From positions 204,166,001-204,230,000 of the forward strand of contig OZ024743.1 in the NCBI GenBank assembly GCA_964016885.1: a stretch of 64,000 bases of DNA. The letters run 5' to 3'. Under the pieces are notes generated by a model. That model was given only the letters and a program-made list of their open reading frames with translations. It had not been told where the DNA came from and made no database searches. Positions 13,901-29,770 of this stretch are shown piece after piece. The number at the start of each line of letters is the position of its first letter. Position 1 is the first letter of the stretch. The DNA comes from Eledone cirrhosa. Lineage: Eukaryota. The translations under genes and the position numbers were made by a program.

Positions 13901-15894
13901 TGCATCTAAGATCCCGTTCTAGTCGCCCACTAACACTAAAGAGCGGGACGTTCCAAGAAAGGTCTCCAGACGCCGCAAGAAATCAGGCCGCCCTGCTCCT
14001 GTCGGGGCATAGACGGCCACTATCCTAAAAGCTTGCCCGTCTCCGCTGGTCACGTCTAGCACCACCAACTTACCTCCGTGCGTCGGAGATTCTGGTCTCG
14101 CTGATGACCACTACATCTATGTTTAGTGACCTGAGGTCGTTGAGCAGGTGGCCCTGCTTCCATGACGACCCCAAGCCACGCGCATTTATGCTGCCTATTC
14201 TGAGTGAGATCATGTTGAAATGGAGTGGAAAAGATGGGAAAGACCCTTACCTTACTTCTCGTAGAGGAAGGATGGTTTATCCATCCCTTTTCACTTCATC
14301 GTCTGGTGAAGGGACCGTTGAATCGTCCCTTCGGCTGGTCGTCGGCTCTTTTGTGAGTATATCCGAATATACTCTCCGGTTGAGTGTCCCTCCTAGGTCT
14401 CTGAAATCACCAACTGCGTTGGGGAATTTCGTTTTAATGTTAGAGTATTGTTTCTGTGCTATTCTTACCAGTCTTATGTTCGTTGGTGTTTTGATTGGTG
14501 CTGGTATTATGTAGTCGTGCTGTGAAATGTTTGTGTGTTCAATTATGTAAGTCATTAGTTTCTTGTTGTGTGTGTTTTGTTGTTGTGTTTGCGATGTTGG
14601 TGCTTGTGGTGGTGGTGTTGAAGGTGTTGTTGTTGTTTGCGGTGGTGTTGCCGCCGGCGGTGATGGTGGTGCTAGTGTGGGTGGTGATGGTGTTGATGGT
14701 GTTGCTGCTGTAAGTCTCTTTGCAGTAGCCTTTACCCTTTTTTCATTTCTTTCCTCCCTTTTCGAAGGCGACGATGCGCTGCTTCTGCGTTTGAGCCTTC
14801 TTGCGACCTTTTGCCATTCCTCTCCCACCTCACACTCCATGTCTGATTCTGTGAGGTCGGGGAGGGATACCAGCTCCAATCTTTCACTTGTTGTTGTTGG
14901 TGATGTTTGCAGTGGAGTCTCTGTTGCAGCTGCAGTTGGTATTACTGTTGTTGTTGTTAATACTTCCACTGCTGCTGCTGTTCTTGATTTCCGTGGCGTG
15001 GGTATGGGTGCCACGGACTTATCCTTCTTGGTTGCCGCCTGTCCTGTTGCTGATAGCAGTGGAGCCGGTTTCGTAAGGAGGGGGGTTTCCTCCTTTCTCA
15101 GGGTCGTCTCATTGCAGAAGGACCTGAAGTGAGTCTTCGATCCACAGCGAAAGCATTTCGGGCGTTTGGCCTCAACACTTAAGGGCAGTTGACTGCTGTT
15201 ATCGAAGTCTATCACATCCGGGATAGCTTCGATGCACTCCTGGTTGGTTTGGATTAACATCTCAATGGAGTTGCCAACCCAATCTTCTCGTACTTTTTTC
15301 TGTACTTGCAGTACAGTTGTTTTGTCCTCGATTTCGACGAGGACAGTCGCGGCCAGCCAAGAAGGGGCCATCCCGGGGGTAGTGGGTCAGTTTGACCCTC
15401 ACAATTTTTTGCCCGCACCAACACCAACACCATTTCCTCGTTCCTTGGGGTCACTAAGGATTGAGCCTTTGTCTCCTGAGGTGTGGCAAAAAGCACGTCC
15501 ACGGTAGCATATTTCTTGCCTCGGGTGATATGCGTTTTCCGCTGCCACACAGACCCTGAGGCTTTTTGTATTTGAACCTCTGTGGCTCTTTCCACCCTAC
15601 GGGATTTTCTGCTTACTGTACGGTACGTGACCGTACAGTGCTGTTGGGTTTCGAAAAATGTTTCGGCTGCCTTGCAGATGGCTCGTTGTCCAGTTTTCGT
15701 CACCATCTTCTTTGCTTCCTGTAATTCCTCATTTGTTATAAGGATGGTTTCCAGGTTCTTTGCGATACCTGCAAACGAGATTGGTTTTTCTTTCTTGTTG
15801 TTGTTGTTGCGTCAGAGCTGCTGTTACTTTTGTTGTTGCTGCTGGTACTACGACCGCCGCCGCCGCTGTTGCTGTGGTTGTTGTTGTTGTTTGC

Positions 15895-15942
<48 letters not shown>

Positions 15943-16541
15943 CGTTGTTTATGCTGCTGCTGATGTTGTTGCGGCTGCTACTAGTGTTTTCTTGTCACTG
16001 TTGCTGTTGCTGCTGCTGTTATTACGGCTGCTACTGCTATTCTTCATGATGTCAGACGGATGAAATGGCTTTGCGTATTTACCGCACACATTTTTCGTCG
16101 TTGTCGTCGTCGTGGAGAAATGTTCCACGGTATGCACGTTCTCTTGGTGAAAGCTACCAGAAACTATATTTTTTCTTTTTCTTTAATGGCGTCGCTTGCG
16201 AAAGAGGCGACACCCCATTTAGAGAAGGGAGGGAGAGAGACAATCTTCTCTCTGATGTAATGACGATTGAGGAAGAAGACGGAAAGAGTGGGAGTGACTT
16301 GTGAAAATTTTTTTTTGTAGCCATGTTGTTTTTTACGGTTTAAAAGGAATATTGGACACAAAACCCCAATAAGCAGTTATTTAGCCCCGAAGGGCCAAAT
16401 AAGAGGCAGAAAGACCCCTCTCACGAGGAGAATGGTCTTTTTATCTACAATTTAGTTCAAGTTTTAAACGATTTACAATTGTTATAGCGGTTAAAAATTA
16501 CTATACCTTACAGAGCCGAGCCTCCGTCAACCATGGCATTC
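10939..16541 (-). mobile_element. Tx1-like (L1 superfamily) non-LTR retrotransposon, near full length, decayed
   Basis: ORF1 (~16323-14277) has knuckle CFRCGSKTHFRSFC and a CAG/CAA tract. ORF2 has APE motifs (NARGL, SETR, SYLDR, TDH), RT (KSPGLDG, DQSKAFD, RQGCPLS, AYAGD) and C-terminal CPRC..ETVLHALVQC. AATAAA lies at the 3' end; (TAA)n flanks both sides. Confidence 0.9.
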
Positions 16542-16571
16542 AATAATAATAATAATAATAATAATAATAAT

Positions 16572-16893
16572 TTCTTTATTAGACACACAGGGTTCACATT
16601 AAGGAAACATTAAAGACGGTACAGGACAAGACAGTGCGGATTTTTTAATGTAAAATAAAATTTATAAGAGAGACTAAGAAAATAAACATTTAAAACAAAC
16701 ATAACAAATTCCCCAAATGTGAGAAGACTCCAAGAATCACTCGTGTAGAAATCCCATAAATGCCACGGTCACTCTGTCCGCTAGGTCAAGGTGCCCTCTC
16801 CCAGTTGTTCCCCAATCTACAGGCGTATGCACAAGGCAGGCCCATTCATACGGATCATGCTCGCCATTCTCACCCCCCTTTCAACAAACTCGT
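16572..16893 (-). mobile_element. 3' fragment of a diverged Tx1-like subfamily
   Basis: Homologous to 10939-11250 (tttctttatta..gggtt..cattaa.gac.gt.caggacaa; gtgccctctcccagtt; ctttcaacaaa); flanked by TAA repeats. Confidence 0.8.
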
Positions 16894-17518
16894 TAATAAT
16901 GGAAGAAAAAATTAATTACATTGTTTCTGACTATTCCATCTTCGTTGAAAAATAAGACATCCACATAACAAGGTTGGGATTTACTGTCCAGCGACATTTA
17001 TGCCACTATCATGAAATAACCACAGAAAATGGCTCACTGAATGACAAAATAACATCTTGTATAGAGATTATCTCTTATTCTATGATACTCATTGTAGAAA
17101 TTGTTTATGTGGTATGATAAATATATATATACATATACACCAGATCCAAACACAATGGAACCAAACTTCCACTGTCACTGCTTCCGTCTCTCCCCATATA
17201 ATCTGGAATAGGTTAATATATACAAACAGGGAGATCAAAATTAATTGACCAATATTTTGTCAAAGACAAACAAGATATGAAATGCCTCCTAATCTATGTA
17301 TTAGTCACAACAGTTGATAGTATATCATTCAAGAATATAAAGATCTGGAAATAAATATAAACCAAATGTTGGAGCTGAAATGAGAAACATTTCCAGAGAA
17401 AATAGCAATACTAGAGAAGTGTACCGAAATTACGTAAAGGCCTTCAATATACTGGAATGAAGAACACCAAAATAGAACACTGCATCCACTCAATTCAGAA
17501 AGGGCTGCACTCAGTAAC

Positions 17519-17528
17519 GTAGTAGTAT

Positions 17529-17596
<68 letters not shown>

Positions 17597-17610
17597 ATAG
17601 TAGTAGTAGT
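17519..17610. repeat. (TAG)n microsatellite in the 3' flank of paralog A
   Basis: Direct reading. Confidence 0.95.
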
Positions 17611-17679
17611 TGGTAAGTTACTAATAATAAGCCTAGTTGTATTAAATATTTTAAGTGAGTGCAACTCAAAGTGTTTTCC

Positions 17680-18085
17680 TTAACCTATGGTAAAAAGAAT
17701 GTTTAGAATTAATAAGCAAGAGATGTAGATATTTGAACCTGCTTTTGCACCGTCTGAGTCCGATTTGGGGGTTGTTGAATCTGCTTGATTGATTGTTTCA
17801 CTTTTGATAGTTTTTGTTTCATGGTAGTCATTGTTTGTGACATTCCCCACAGTTGAGCCTGCTTTTACACCCTCTGAGTCCGACATGTGGGTTGTTGAAT
17901 CTGCTTGATTGATTGTTTCACTTTTGATAGTATTTGTTTCATTCTCCACAGATGGTAAATTGGAGGTGATTAATAGACACTTCTTCGGCAACTGTTCATA
18001 GTAATATTCACGAATTACTTTATTAAATTCATCTGAACAGTTCAGTGCCTTGTAAATGAACATGTCAATGAGATATTTCCATAAT
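17680..18085 (-). CDS. Paralog A terminal exon: Cys-patterned domain end, duplicated Ser/Thr stalk, GPI-like hydrophobic tail
   Basis: Acceptor tttacag, phase 2; (P)LWKYLIDMF..LNCSDEFNKVIREYYYEQLPKKC..AGSNIYISCLLILNILFTIG*; homologous to 51740-51935. Confidence 0.85.
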
Positions 18086-18584
18086 CTGTAAAGATAAAAA
18101 TTGAAACAAAACAACTTTCTTAGTTTCAATCGAATTTTCAAGAGAGTAAATTACAGCAAATGAATTACACCAATATACATAGTAGAAATACAACTTGATG
18201 TGAAAAAGGATTGAATATTTAATGTTTAAAACAGAATTGAATATTTACAAGAGGATTAAATACGTTACAATTAATACTCCCGGCTTTTTAAATATGCCTT
18301 AACATTGAATATTGAGACATTTTATGACAAGACCATTAGAACTTACGGAATTATTCTGGAAAAAGAGTATATAGGATTCAAGAGGGCAGTGGATTGGCAG
18401 AGTCATTAGAGCATCGAGAAAATGCGTGATAGCTCGGTACGTAAGCTTTATTCCATCGTTATGTTGTTCTGTTTTTATTTCTGTTAAAATTCTAGATTTC
18501 TGAAGACGTCATAGCTGTTGCATAATGGTTATCACCGAAATATATATAACAGCGACTATGCTTCCAGCAGAAACAAGGGGGACA

Positions 18585-18628
18585 ATAGTCGATGCATTTC
18601 AGACTTAACTGGTCTTCTTCAGGACGAT
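18585..18628 (-). ncRNA. Minimal type I hammerhead ribozyme (PLE-type remnant)
   Basis: GUC-CUGAAGA-AGAC cagttaa GUCU-GAAA-UGCA-UC^GAC; palindromic UGCA in stem III. Confidence 0.75.
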
Positions 18629-18784
18629 GCCTCCCACACTTGCGACTGCTGGAGTTGAAAACAGTCCAGAATATATAGTTTTCTCGTCTGTGTAAATGAG
18701 GGGATTAATCTCATTTGCATATGAAGCTGCATAAGTTGACTCAACTCAAAACAGAATAGAATTAGGATTTAGCTTCAGGCATAT

Positions 18785-19030
<246 letters not shown>

Positions 19031-19625
19031 TGGTGCTACTGGTAACATGTATCCCAGTACAACCTGTATCATGGTCGGGTCGTTGGCGACTAAACTGGCA
19101 ACCCCATCAAGGTTTCTTGGTGAAGAGGGTGACTTTTGACATCCTGCAGGACTAAAAACAAAACCTGTCAAAGGGCAAAGGAGCTCTTAAGAGTCAATGG
19201 CCATCCAAAATCACCGGGAGAGATGACCCCTTAGCCTTTGTCAAGGCAGAATTCTAGGAGAAGGAAAACTCTGATATAACACCTGCAACCCTGATGGTAT
19301 CCAATGATGTTGACTTGTTCTTCTTTTTGGTAAATATCATCTTGGTTAAGAGAGTGAGACTGGCTTTGTGCAGTGCCTTTGCTCACTATAAAAGTTTCAC
19401 GGCACAGGCATTGCTTTATATCTGGAGATCTCTCTGCACTTGTCGTCACATGGTACCATGGGCCCAGCACTATGTGTCAGTAATTGTCACAAGTGTAGTG
19501 TTTGTACCAGAGTTTTCAAGTCGCTGGCTGGACTAAAAAGTCACACTCGTTCAGCGCATCGGTAGGGGTTCTCCTACATGGATATAAAGTAGTGGCTGTA
19601 CTCGAAAACGAGTTGGCAGCCACCA
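19031..19625 (+). mobile_element. Non-autonomous RTE-derived element (5' UTR joined to 3' end)
   Basis: RTE 5' motif ggagaaggaaaactctgatataa, then a decayed C2H2 tail (SVCTRVFKSLAGLKSHTRS); lies in (TA)n. Confidence 0.55.
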
Positions 19626-19754
19626 TATATTATATATATATATATATATATATACATACATATATACATTTACATTTATGTATATATATATATATCTATA
19701 TACATATAAACATACATATATACATTTATATATATATATATATACATACATTAT

Positions 19755-22620
<2,866 letters not shown>

Positions 22621-22931
22621 TTCTTACAAACTTGTGGAGTTACCCCTAACCGTACGTTGAAACCATCCATGAAACTGGCTTTCTTAACCAAGAACTGGAT
22701 CACAATAAGCAATTTTTTGCTTCTCTAACTATATATATATATATATATGTTTATATAGATATATAAATGCATTTGTATATATATATATACAAATAAAAGG
22801 CAGAGCTAATAACTCATACTGATACCCTGTAATTAACAAGCTCAAAGTATAGATACTGAGCATTATAGTACCAGTAATGCACTGGGTAATTGCTGACCTT
22901 GTGCCTAAAGTAGAAACAATTATATAATAAT

Positions 22932-23122
22932 AGGGCGGTGGATTGGCAGAATCGGTCGAGGGTCGGACGCCATGCTTTGCAGCAGAGTTACGTCCCTTTT
23001 AAGGACTGAGTTCAAATCCCGCCGAGGTTAACTTTGCCTTTCATCCTTACGAGGTCGATAAAACAAGTACCAGTAATACACTGTGATAATTGCTGGCCTT
23101 GTGCCAAAAGTAGAAACAATTA
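22932..23122 (+). mobile_element. tRNA-derived SINE
   Basis: A box tggcagaatcgg, B box gagttcaaatcc, core gcctttcatccttacgaggtcgataaaa; many copies in the window. Confidence 0.85.
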
Positions 23123-23207
23123 TATAATAATATATGCAGTAATAGACACACGATTTACTGTGTTTATTGCTACCTATATTATTATGTATATATATATATA
23201 TACATTT

Positions 23208-23701
23208 ATGTATGGTATATTTGGCAATATACCGTATGTTTAATTAAAAACATTTAGAAGACCATACGCTATCAGTTTTAAAGTAGTGACTATGTCACTT
23301 ACTTCTTTTCGCCGAAAGAAGGGAGAAAAGCTCACAGTCTATTTCACGCTGGTTGCCGTTCATTATTTGCCGTTCTGCAAAGATTAGGTATTACGATTGG
23401 TGCGATGTATAAATGAATGTATGTATAGTATATTTGGCAATCTACCGTATGTTTCATCAGAAGACCATACGCTATCAGTTTTTTGGATTGACCGGCATTC
23501 GGTCTGTATAATCAGCTCCTGATTATTACTGGAATTCTATAAAAATCCAGCTTCTATAATTTTCGACGGAAGCAGGGGGTGCGGGGCTCTGATGAACGCC
23601 AACCAGCGTGAAACACACTGTCAGCTTCTTTCCCTGATAGTGTATGGTCTTCCAAATATTTTTAATTAAACATACGGTATATTGCCAAATATACCATACA
23701 T
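23208..23701. mobile_element. Fold-back MITE in (TA)n
   Basis: ~65-bp terminal inverted repeat tatggtatatttggcaatataccgtatgtttaattaaaaa..gaagaccatac, plus an internal third copy near 23425-23480. Confidence 0.75.
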
Positions 23702-24510
<809 letters not shown>

Positions 24511-24683
24511 CTTTCAAAGTAAAGGATGTCATGAATGATACAAAATGAAACATATGTCTTGTTTCCAAAAACATTTCAAGATAGAATTCAGAGAATCAAA
24601 TCGAGCCTTAATCATTATAAGAAAATGATTGAAATATATTCATACACAGATAAGTGTGCACTAAGACATATCAAAACTTGGAG

Positions 24684-25133
24684 CTAGAGACAATCTACAC
24701 TGAAAGTAAGACTACATAGTTCGTTGAGTATCTTATTAAATTTAATAAAAAATTTAAAACAGAACACCTGATAACCATCAAAATATTTCCCTCATATGTA
24801 TTCTCCACAATATACTGACTGCTATTTCTAGTGGTCGAGAACCTTTCATGTCGTTGAGAGTGCTAAAATTCATGTGTTGAGACCATGCACGTTTAGCCAC
24901 TTTCAACACTGGATGGGGTGAGATTAGATGATTTTGAAATTCCCTCACTGATGATCCGTTTCAAATTATCTAATTTCGCCGTAATTTGGTGAAATGTATT
25001 CTGATTTTGTGGAGAATACATATGAGGGAAATATTTTGATGGGTATCAGGTATTCTGTTTTACATTTTTTATTAAATTTAATAAGATACTCGATGAATTA
25101 TGTAATCTTACTTTCAGTGCAGATTGTCTCTAG
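24684..25133. mobile_element. MITE with ~125-bp terminal inverted repeats
   Basis: ctagagacaatct.cactgaaagtaaga...ctccacaa is mirrored at 25008-25133. Confidence 0.8.
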
Positions 25134-25546
25134 TTATATGTTATAGTTGTATATAGTGTATACATAACTATAAATAATATTATATATATATATATATATA
25201 TTTGTGTGCGTGTGTGTGTGTGTATGTATGTATGTATATATATATAATATATATAAATGTATATATATATATATATATATACATATATATAAATGTATAT
25301 ATATATATGGATATATATATATATATACAATTAAGTTAAAGTGTACATCTACATATGTATACGGAAGTATTAGTATGCATATAAATACACACATGTATAC
25401 ATATGTACATGTACTCAGCTTTTCACTAGACACTTTACAGTGAGTGTCAGCTAGTCTGTATGTAACCACACAGGCGGACCGGGTTTTAGAGTCATACGAG
25501 TTTTCAAGGAAACACATTTCCTCTATTCTCCAGAGGGCCAGACAGG

Positions 25547-25591
25547 AATATTGGACTAGTTTCGATGTTATTACATCTCATCAGCAATATT
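25547..25591 (-). ncRNA. Minimal type I hammerhead ribozyme, array copy 1
   Basis: AAUAUUG-CUGAUGA-GAUGU aaua ACAUC-GAAA-CUAG-UC^CAAUAUU. Confidence 0.9.
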
Positions 25592-26015
25592 TACCCATCT
25601 TCCGGCTTCTCTGGAGAATTGTAAAAGCACATATCGTTATATGCTTTTTCTATGAAAATTAGTAGTGGGTAGACCAATTTGCATAGAACGTGAGTCATTG
25701 TACGCACCGGTTCAGCGGAAACGATAAAAACAAATAACGAAACGAAATCAAACTTCGTTTCGCTTCTAACTCACTTTTGTATGACTGACGCTTAAACAAT
25801 TAAGTTAAAGTGTACATCTACATATGTATACGGAAGTATTAGTATGCATATAAATACACACATGTATACATATGTACATGTACTCAGCTTTTCACTAGAC
25901 ACTTTACAGTGAGTGTCAGCTAGTCTGTATGTAACCACACAGGCGGACCGGGTTTTAGAGTCATACGAGTTTTCAAGGAAACACATTTCCTCTATTCTCC
26001 AGAGGGCCAGACAGG

Positions 26016-26060
26016 AATATTGGACTAGTTTCAATGTTATTACATCTCATCAGCAATATT
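26016..26060 (-). ncRNA. Minimal type I hammerhead ribozyme, array copy 2
   Basis: Same motif; the stem II closing pair is G-U rather than G-C. Confidence 0.85.
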
Positions 26061-26093
26061 TACCCATCTTCCGGCTTCTCTGGAAGATGGGTA

Positions 26094-26138
26094 AATATTG
26101 CTGATGAGATGTAATAACATCGAAACTAGTCCAATATT
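26094..26138 (+). ncRNA. Minimal type I hammerhead ribozyme, array copy 3
   Basis: 7-bp stem I, CUGAUGA, 5-bp stem II, GAAA-CUAG-UC; predicted cut after 26131. Confidence 0.92.
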
Positions 26139-26562
26139 CCTGTCTGGCCCTCTGGAGAATAGAGGAAATGTGTTTCCTTGAAAACTCGTATGACTCTAAA
26201 ACCCGGTCCGCCTGTGTGGTTACATACAGACTAGCTGACACTCACTGTAAAGTGTCTAGTGAAAAGCTGAGTACATGTACATATGTATACATGTGTGTAT
26301 TTATATGCATACTAATACTTCCGTATACATATGTAGATGTACACTTTAACTTAATTGTTTAAGCGTCAGTCATACAAAAGTGAGTTAGAAGCGAAACGAA
26401 GTTTGATTTCGTTTCGTTATTTGTTTTTATCGTTTCCGCTGAACCGGTGCGTACAATGACTCACGTTCTATGCAAATTGGTCTACCCACTACTAATTTTC
26501 ATAGAAAAAGCATATAACGATATGTGCTTTTACAATTCTCCAGAGAAGCCGGAAGATGGGTA

Positions 26563-26607
26563 AATATTGCTGATGAGATGTAATAACATCGAAACTAGTC
26601 CAATATT
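26563..26607 (+). ncRNA. Minimal type I hammerhead ribozyme, array copy 4
   Basis: Identical motif; predicted cut after 26600. Confidence 0.92.
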
Positions 26608-27031
26608 CCTGTCTGGCCCTCTGGAGAATAGAGGAAATGAGTTTCCTTGAAAACTCGTATGACTCTAAAACCCGGTCCGCCTGTGTGGTTACATACAGAC
26701 TAGCTGACACTCACTGTAAAGTGTCTAGTGAAAGGCTGAGTACATGTACATATGTATACATGTGTGTATTTATATGCATACTAATACTTCCGTATACATA
26801 TGTAGATGTACACTTTAACTTAATTGTTTAAGCGTCAGTCATACAAAAGTGAGTTAGAAGCGAAACGAAGTTTGATTTCGTTTCGTTATTTGTTTTTATC
26901 GTTTCCGCTGAACCGGTGCGTACAATGACTCACGTTCTATGCAAATTGGTCTACCCACTACTAATTTTCATAGAAAAAGCATATAACGATATGTGCTTTT
27001 ACAATTCTCCAGAGAAGCCGGAAGATGGGTA

Positions 27032-27076
27032 AATATTGCTGATGAGATGTAATAACATCGAAACTAGTCCAATATT
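27032..27076 (+). ncRNA. Minimal type I hammerhead ribozyme, array copy 5
   Basis: Identical motif; predicted cut after 27069. Confidence 0.92.
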
Positions 27077-27539
27077 CCTGTCTGGCCCTCTGGGAATAGA
27101 GGAAATGTGTTTCCTTGAAAACTCGTATGACTCTAAAACCCGGTCCGCCTGTGTGGTTACATACAGACTAGCTGACACTCACTGTAAAGTGTCTAGTGAA
27201 AAGCTGAGTACATGTACATATGTATACATGTGTGTATTTATATGCATACTAATACTTCCGTATACATATGTAGATGTACACTTTAACTTAATTGTTTAAG
27301 CGTCAGTCATACAAAAGTGAGTTAGAAGCGAAACGAAGTTTGATTTCGTTTCGTTATTTGTTTTTATATATATATACATTTATATATATGTATATATATA
27401 TATATATAAATGTATATATATATGTATATATATATAAATGTATATATATATATATATATATATACATACATATAAATGTATATATATGTATATATGTGTA
27501 TATATATATATATATAAATTTTTGTATATATACATATAA

Positions 27540-27638
<99 letters not shown>

Positions 27639-27959
27639 CATATAAATTTATATATATATATTGAAACCCACTTCTGCTTGCCTGAACTCAAAGACCGAGA
27701 TCTTCAGATGTTGTCCTCACCTGAAATCACATCTGATCTGTAACTGGATTGACATTCCTACGATAACTCAACCACTTTGAACTCCTTCTCTGCTCTTTAG
27801 TTCCACTACGGTGTTTTTACCTGCTGAATTCACGTTCTATACTCTCGTATTCTCTTTCTCCCTTATCTCCCCTTATATTTAGACCTTTTCCTATGTCAAT
27901 TCCGCCCCCCCCCTACTTTCTGCCTTACCACTCACACACCCAATTTTTTTTATTTTTAG

Positions 27960-28011
27960 ATATTTATTTTTGTGTGTGTGCGTGTGTGTTGCGTATATGT
28001 GTGTATATATG

Positions 28012-28042
<31 letters not shown>

Positions 28043-28149
28043 ATGTATATATGTGTATGTATATATGTGTGTATGTATGTTTATATTTATCTGTATGTAT
28101 ATGTATATGTATATATAAGTGTATATTATATGCTTCTGTTGTATCTGTG

Positions 28150-28202
<53 letters not shown>

Positions 28203-29528
28203 GTGTGTGTATGTATGTGTGTATATATAGATTTAATGTGTGTGTGTGGGCGTGTGTATATTTGTGCGTGTGTATGTATTTTTTATATAATGGTTTTTTG
28301 TGTATATATATAATAGCCTCAGAAACGGCTTGAGCTCTGCCGTGGGGTCAGACCTTTTCATATGTGTGTGTATATATATACGTATATGTATGTATGTGTG
28401 TGTATGTGTGTGTGTATTTCTGTGGTTGTGTTTGTGTGTGTGTGTGTATGTATATATATGTATATGTATGTATATGTATGTGTGTATGTATATGCATAAT
28501 TACATACAGTGATTTAATGCATATTTTCATTGATAATTTGCTCCAGGAACTTGTTGAGTGCTCTAAATCAGCTATAAATATTTATACCCTTTTCTAATTA
28601 TTTTTTTATTTACTATTTGTCGTATTCCCAACTTTTTATTTTTATATATACAATATTTAGGTTTTTTATATATATGATATTTATGTTTTTTCTTATATAT
28701 ATATATAATTATATGTGTGTGTGCGTGTGTATGTATGTGTGCATGCGTATGTGTATATATATGTGTGTGTGGATATGTATATATATATATATATGTGTAT
28801 ATGTATATATGTGTGTATATATATATATTTTAGAGTTAAACAAGGTTCATATGAATACATCTAAGAATGTGTTTACACACATACATATGTGTGTGTTTGT
28901 ATTTGTATGTATGTGTTTGAGATATGTATGTATATGTATGTGTATGTATGTATGGATATGTATGTATATATATATATATGTATGTGCGTGTATATATGTA
29001 TATGTATGTGTGTGTGTTTGTATATGTGTATGCGTATGTATGTGTATATGTATTTGTATATGTATGTGTATGTGTGAGAGTGTGTGTATGTATTTATTTT
29101 TACGTATGTATGCGTACGTGCAATTGTGTGTATGTATTTATTTTTACGTATGTATGTGTACGTGCAATTGTGTGTATTGCTTACCACGTGTGTTTGTTCA
29201 TTTATTTGTTGCCTGTATCGCTGTCAACACTATAATAATCTTTATATTCATTTTTATTCTCATGTGACGGTATTTTTATTATTATATTTTTTCTTATAAT
29301 TATTTGTGTGTGTGAGTATGTAGGTGTGTGTACATATTTCTATATTTGTGCATGCGTATGTATGCGTGTATATATATGTGTGTATGTATGTGTATGTATG
29401 TACGTGTGTATATGTGCATGATTGTGTGTATGTATGTATGTATGTATATGTATGTGTATATATAGGTATGTATATATGTGTATATATATATGTATGTGTG
29501 TGTATGTATGTATATATATATATATCCA

Positions 29529-29574
<46 letters not shown>

Positions 29575-29770
29575 CATGTTTGTGTAATTGTATGTATGTG
29601 TATGTATGGATATGTTGATAATCATGTGTGTATGTATGTATGTGTATGAGTATGTGTATGTATATATATACACATATATATATGTGTGTGTGTGTGTATA
29701 TGTGTGTGTATGTATGTATATATATGTGTATGTATATAATTGTGTGTGTGTGTGTGTTTGCATGTGTGTT
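27960..29770. repeat. Degenerate (TG)/(TA) low-complexity tract
   Basis: Direct reading; source of many spurious CVCV/YIYI ORFs. Confidence 0.9.

Larger units (their letters stand above)
25327..27365. mobile_element. Hammerhead-containing 469-bp tandem/inverted array (retrozyme-like)
   Basis: Period is exactly 469 (25328/25797; 26082/26551/27020). Inversion centre at 26073-26081, no credible ORF, (TA)n on both flanks. Confidence 0.9.

Noticed and set aside
22932-23030. tRNA gene
   Set aside because: The A/B boxes belong to a multi-copy SINE head; no cloverleaf forms.
25444-27299. Repeated 60-90 aa ORFs (MSASLYVTTQ.., MCFLENSYDS..) in the 469-bp array
   Set aside because: Short, partly non-ATG starts, on both strands, with no recognisable motif; they recur only because the DNA repeats.
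25327-27365. CRISPR-like interpretation of the array
   Set aside because: Whole units are identical, with no unique spacers and no cas genes, in a eukaryotic context.
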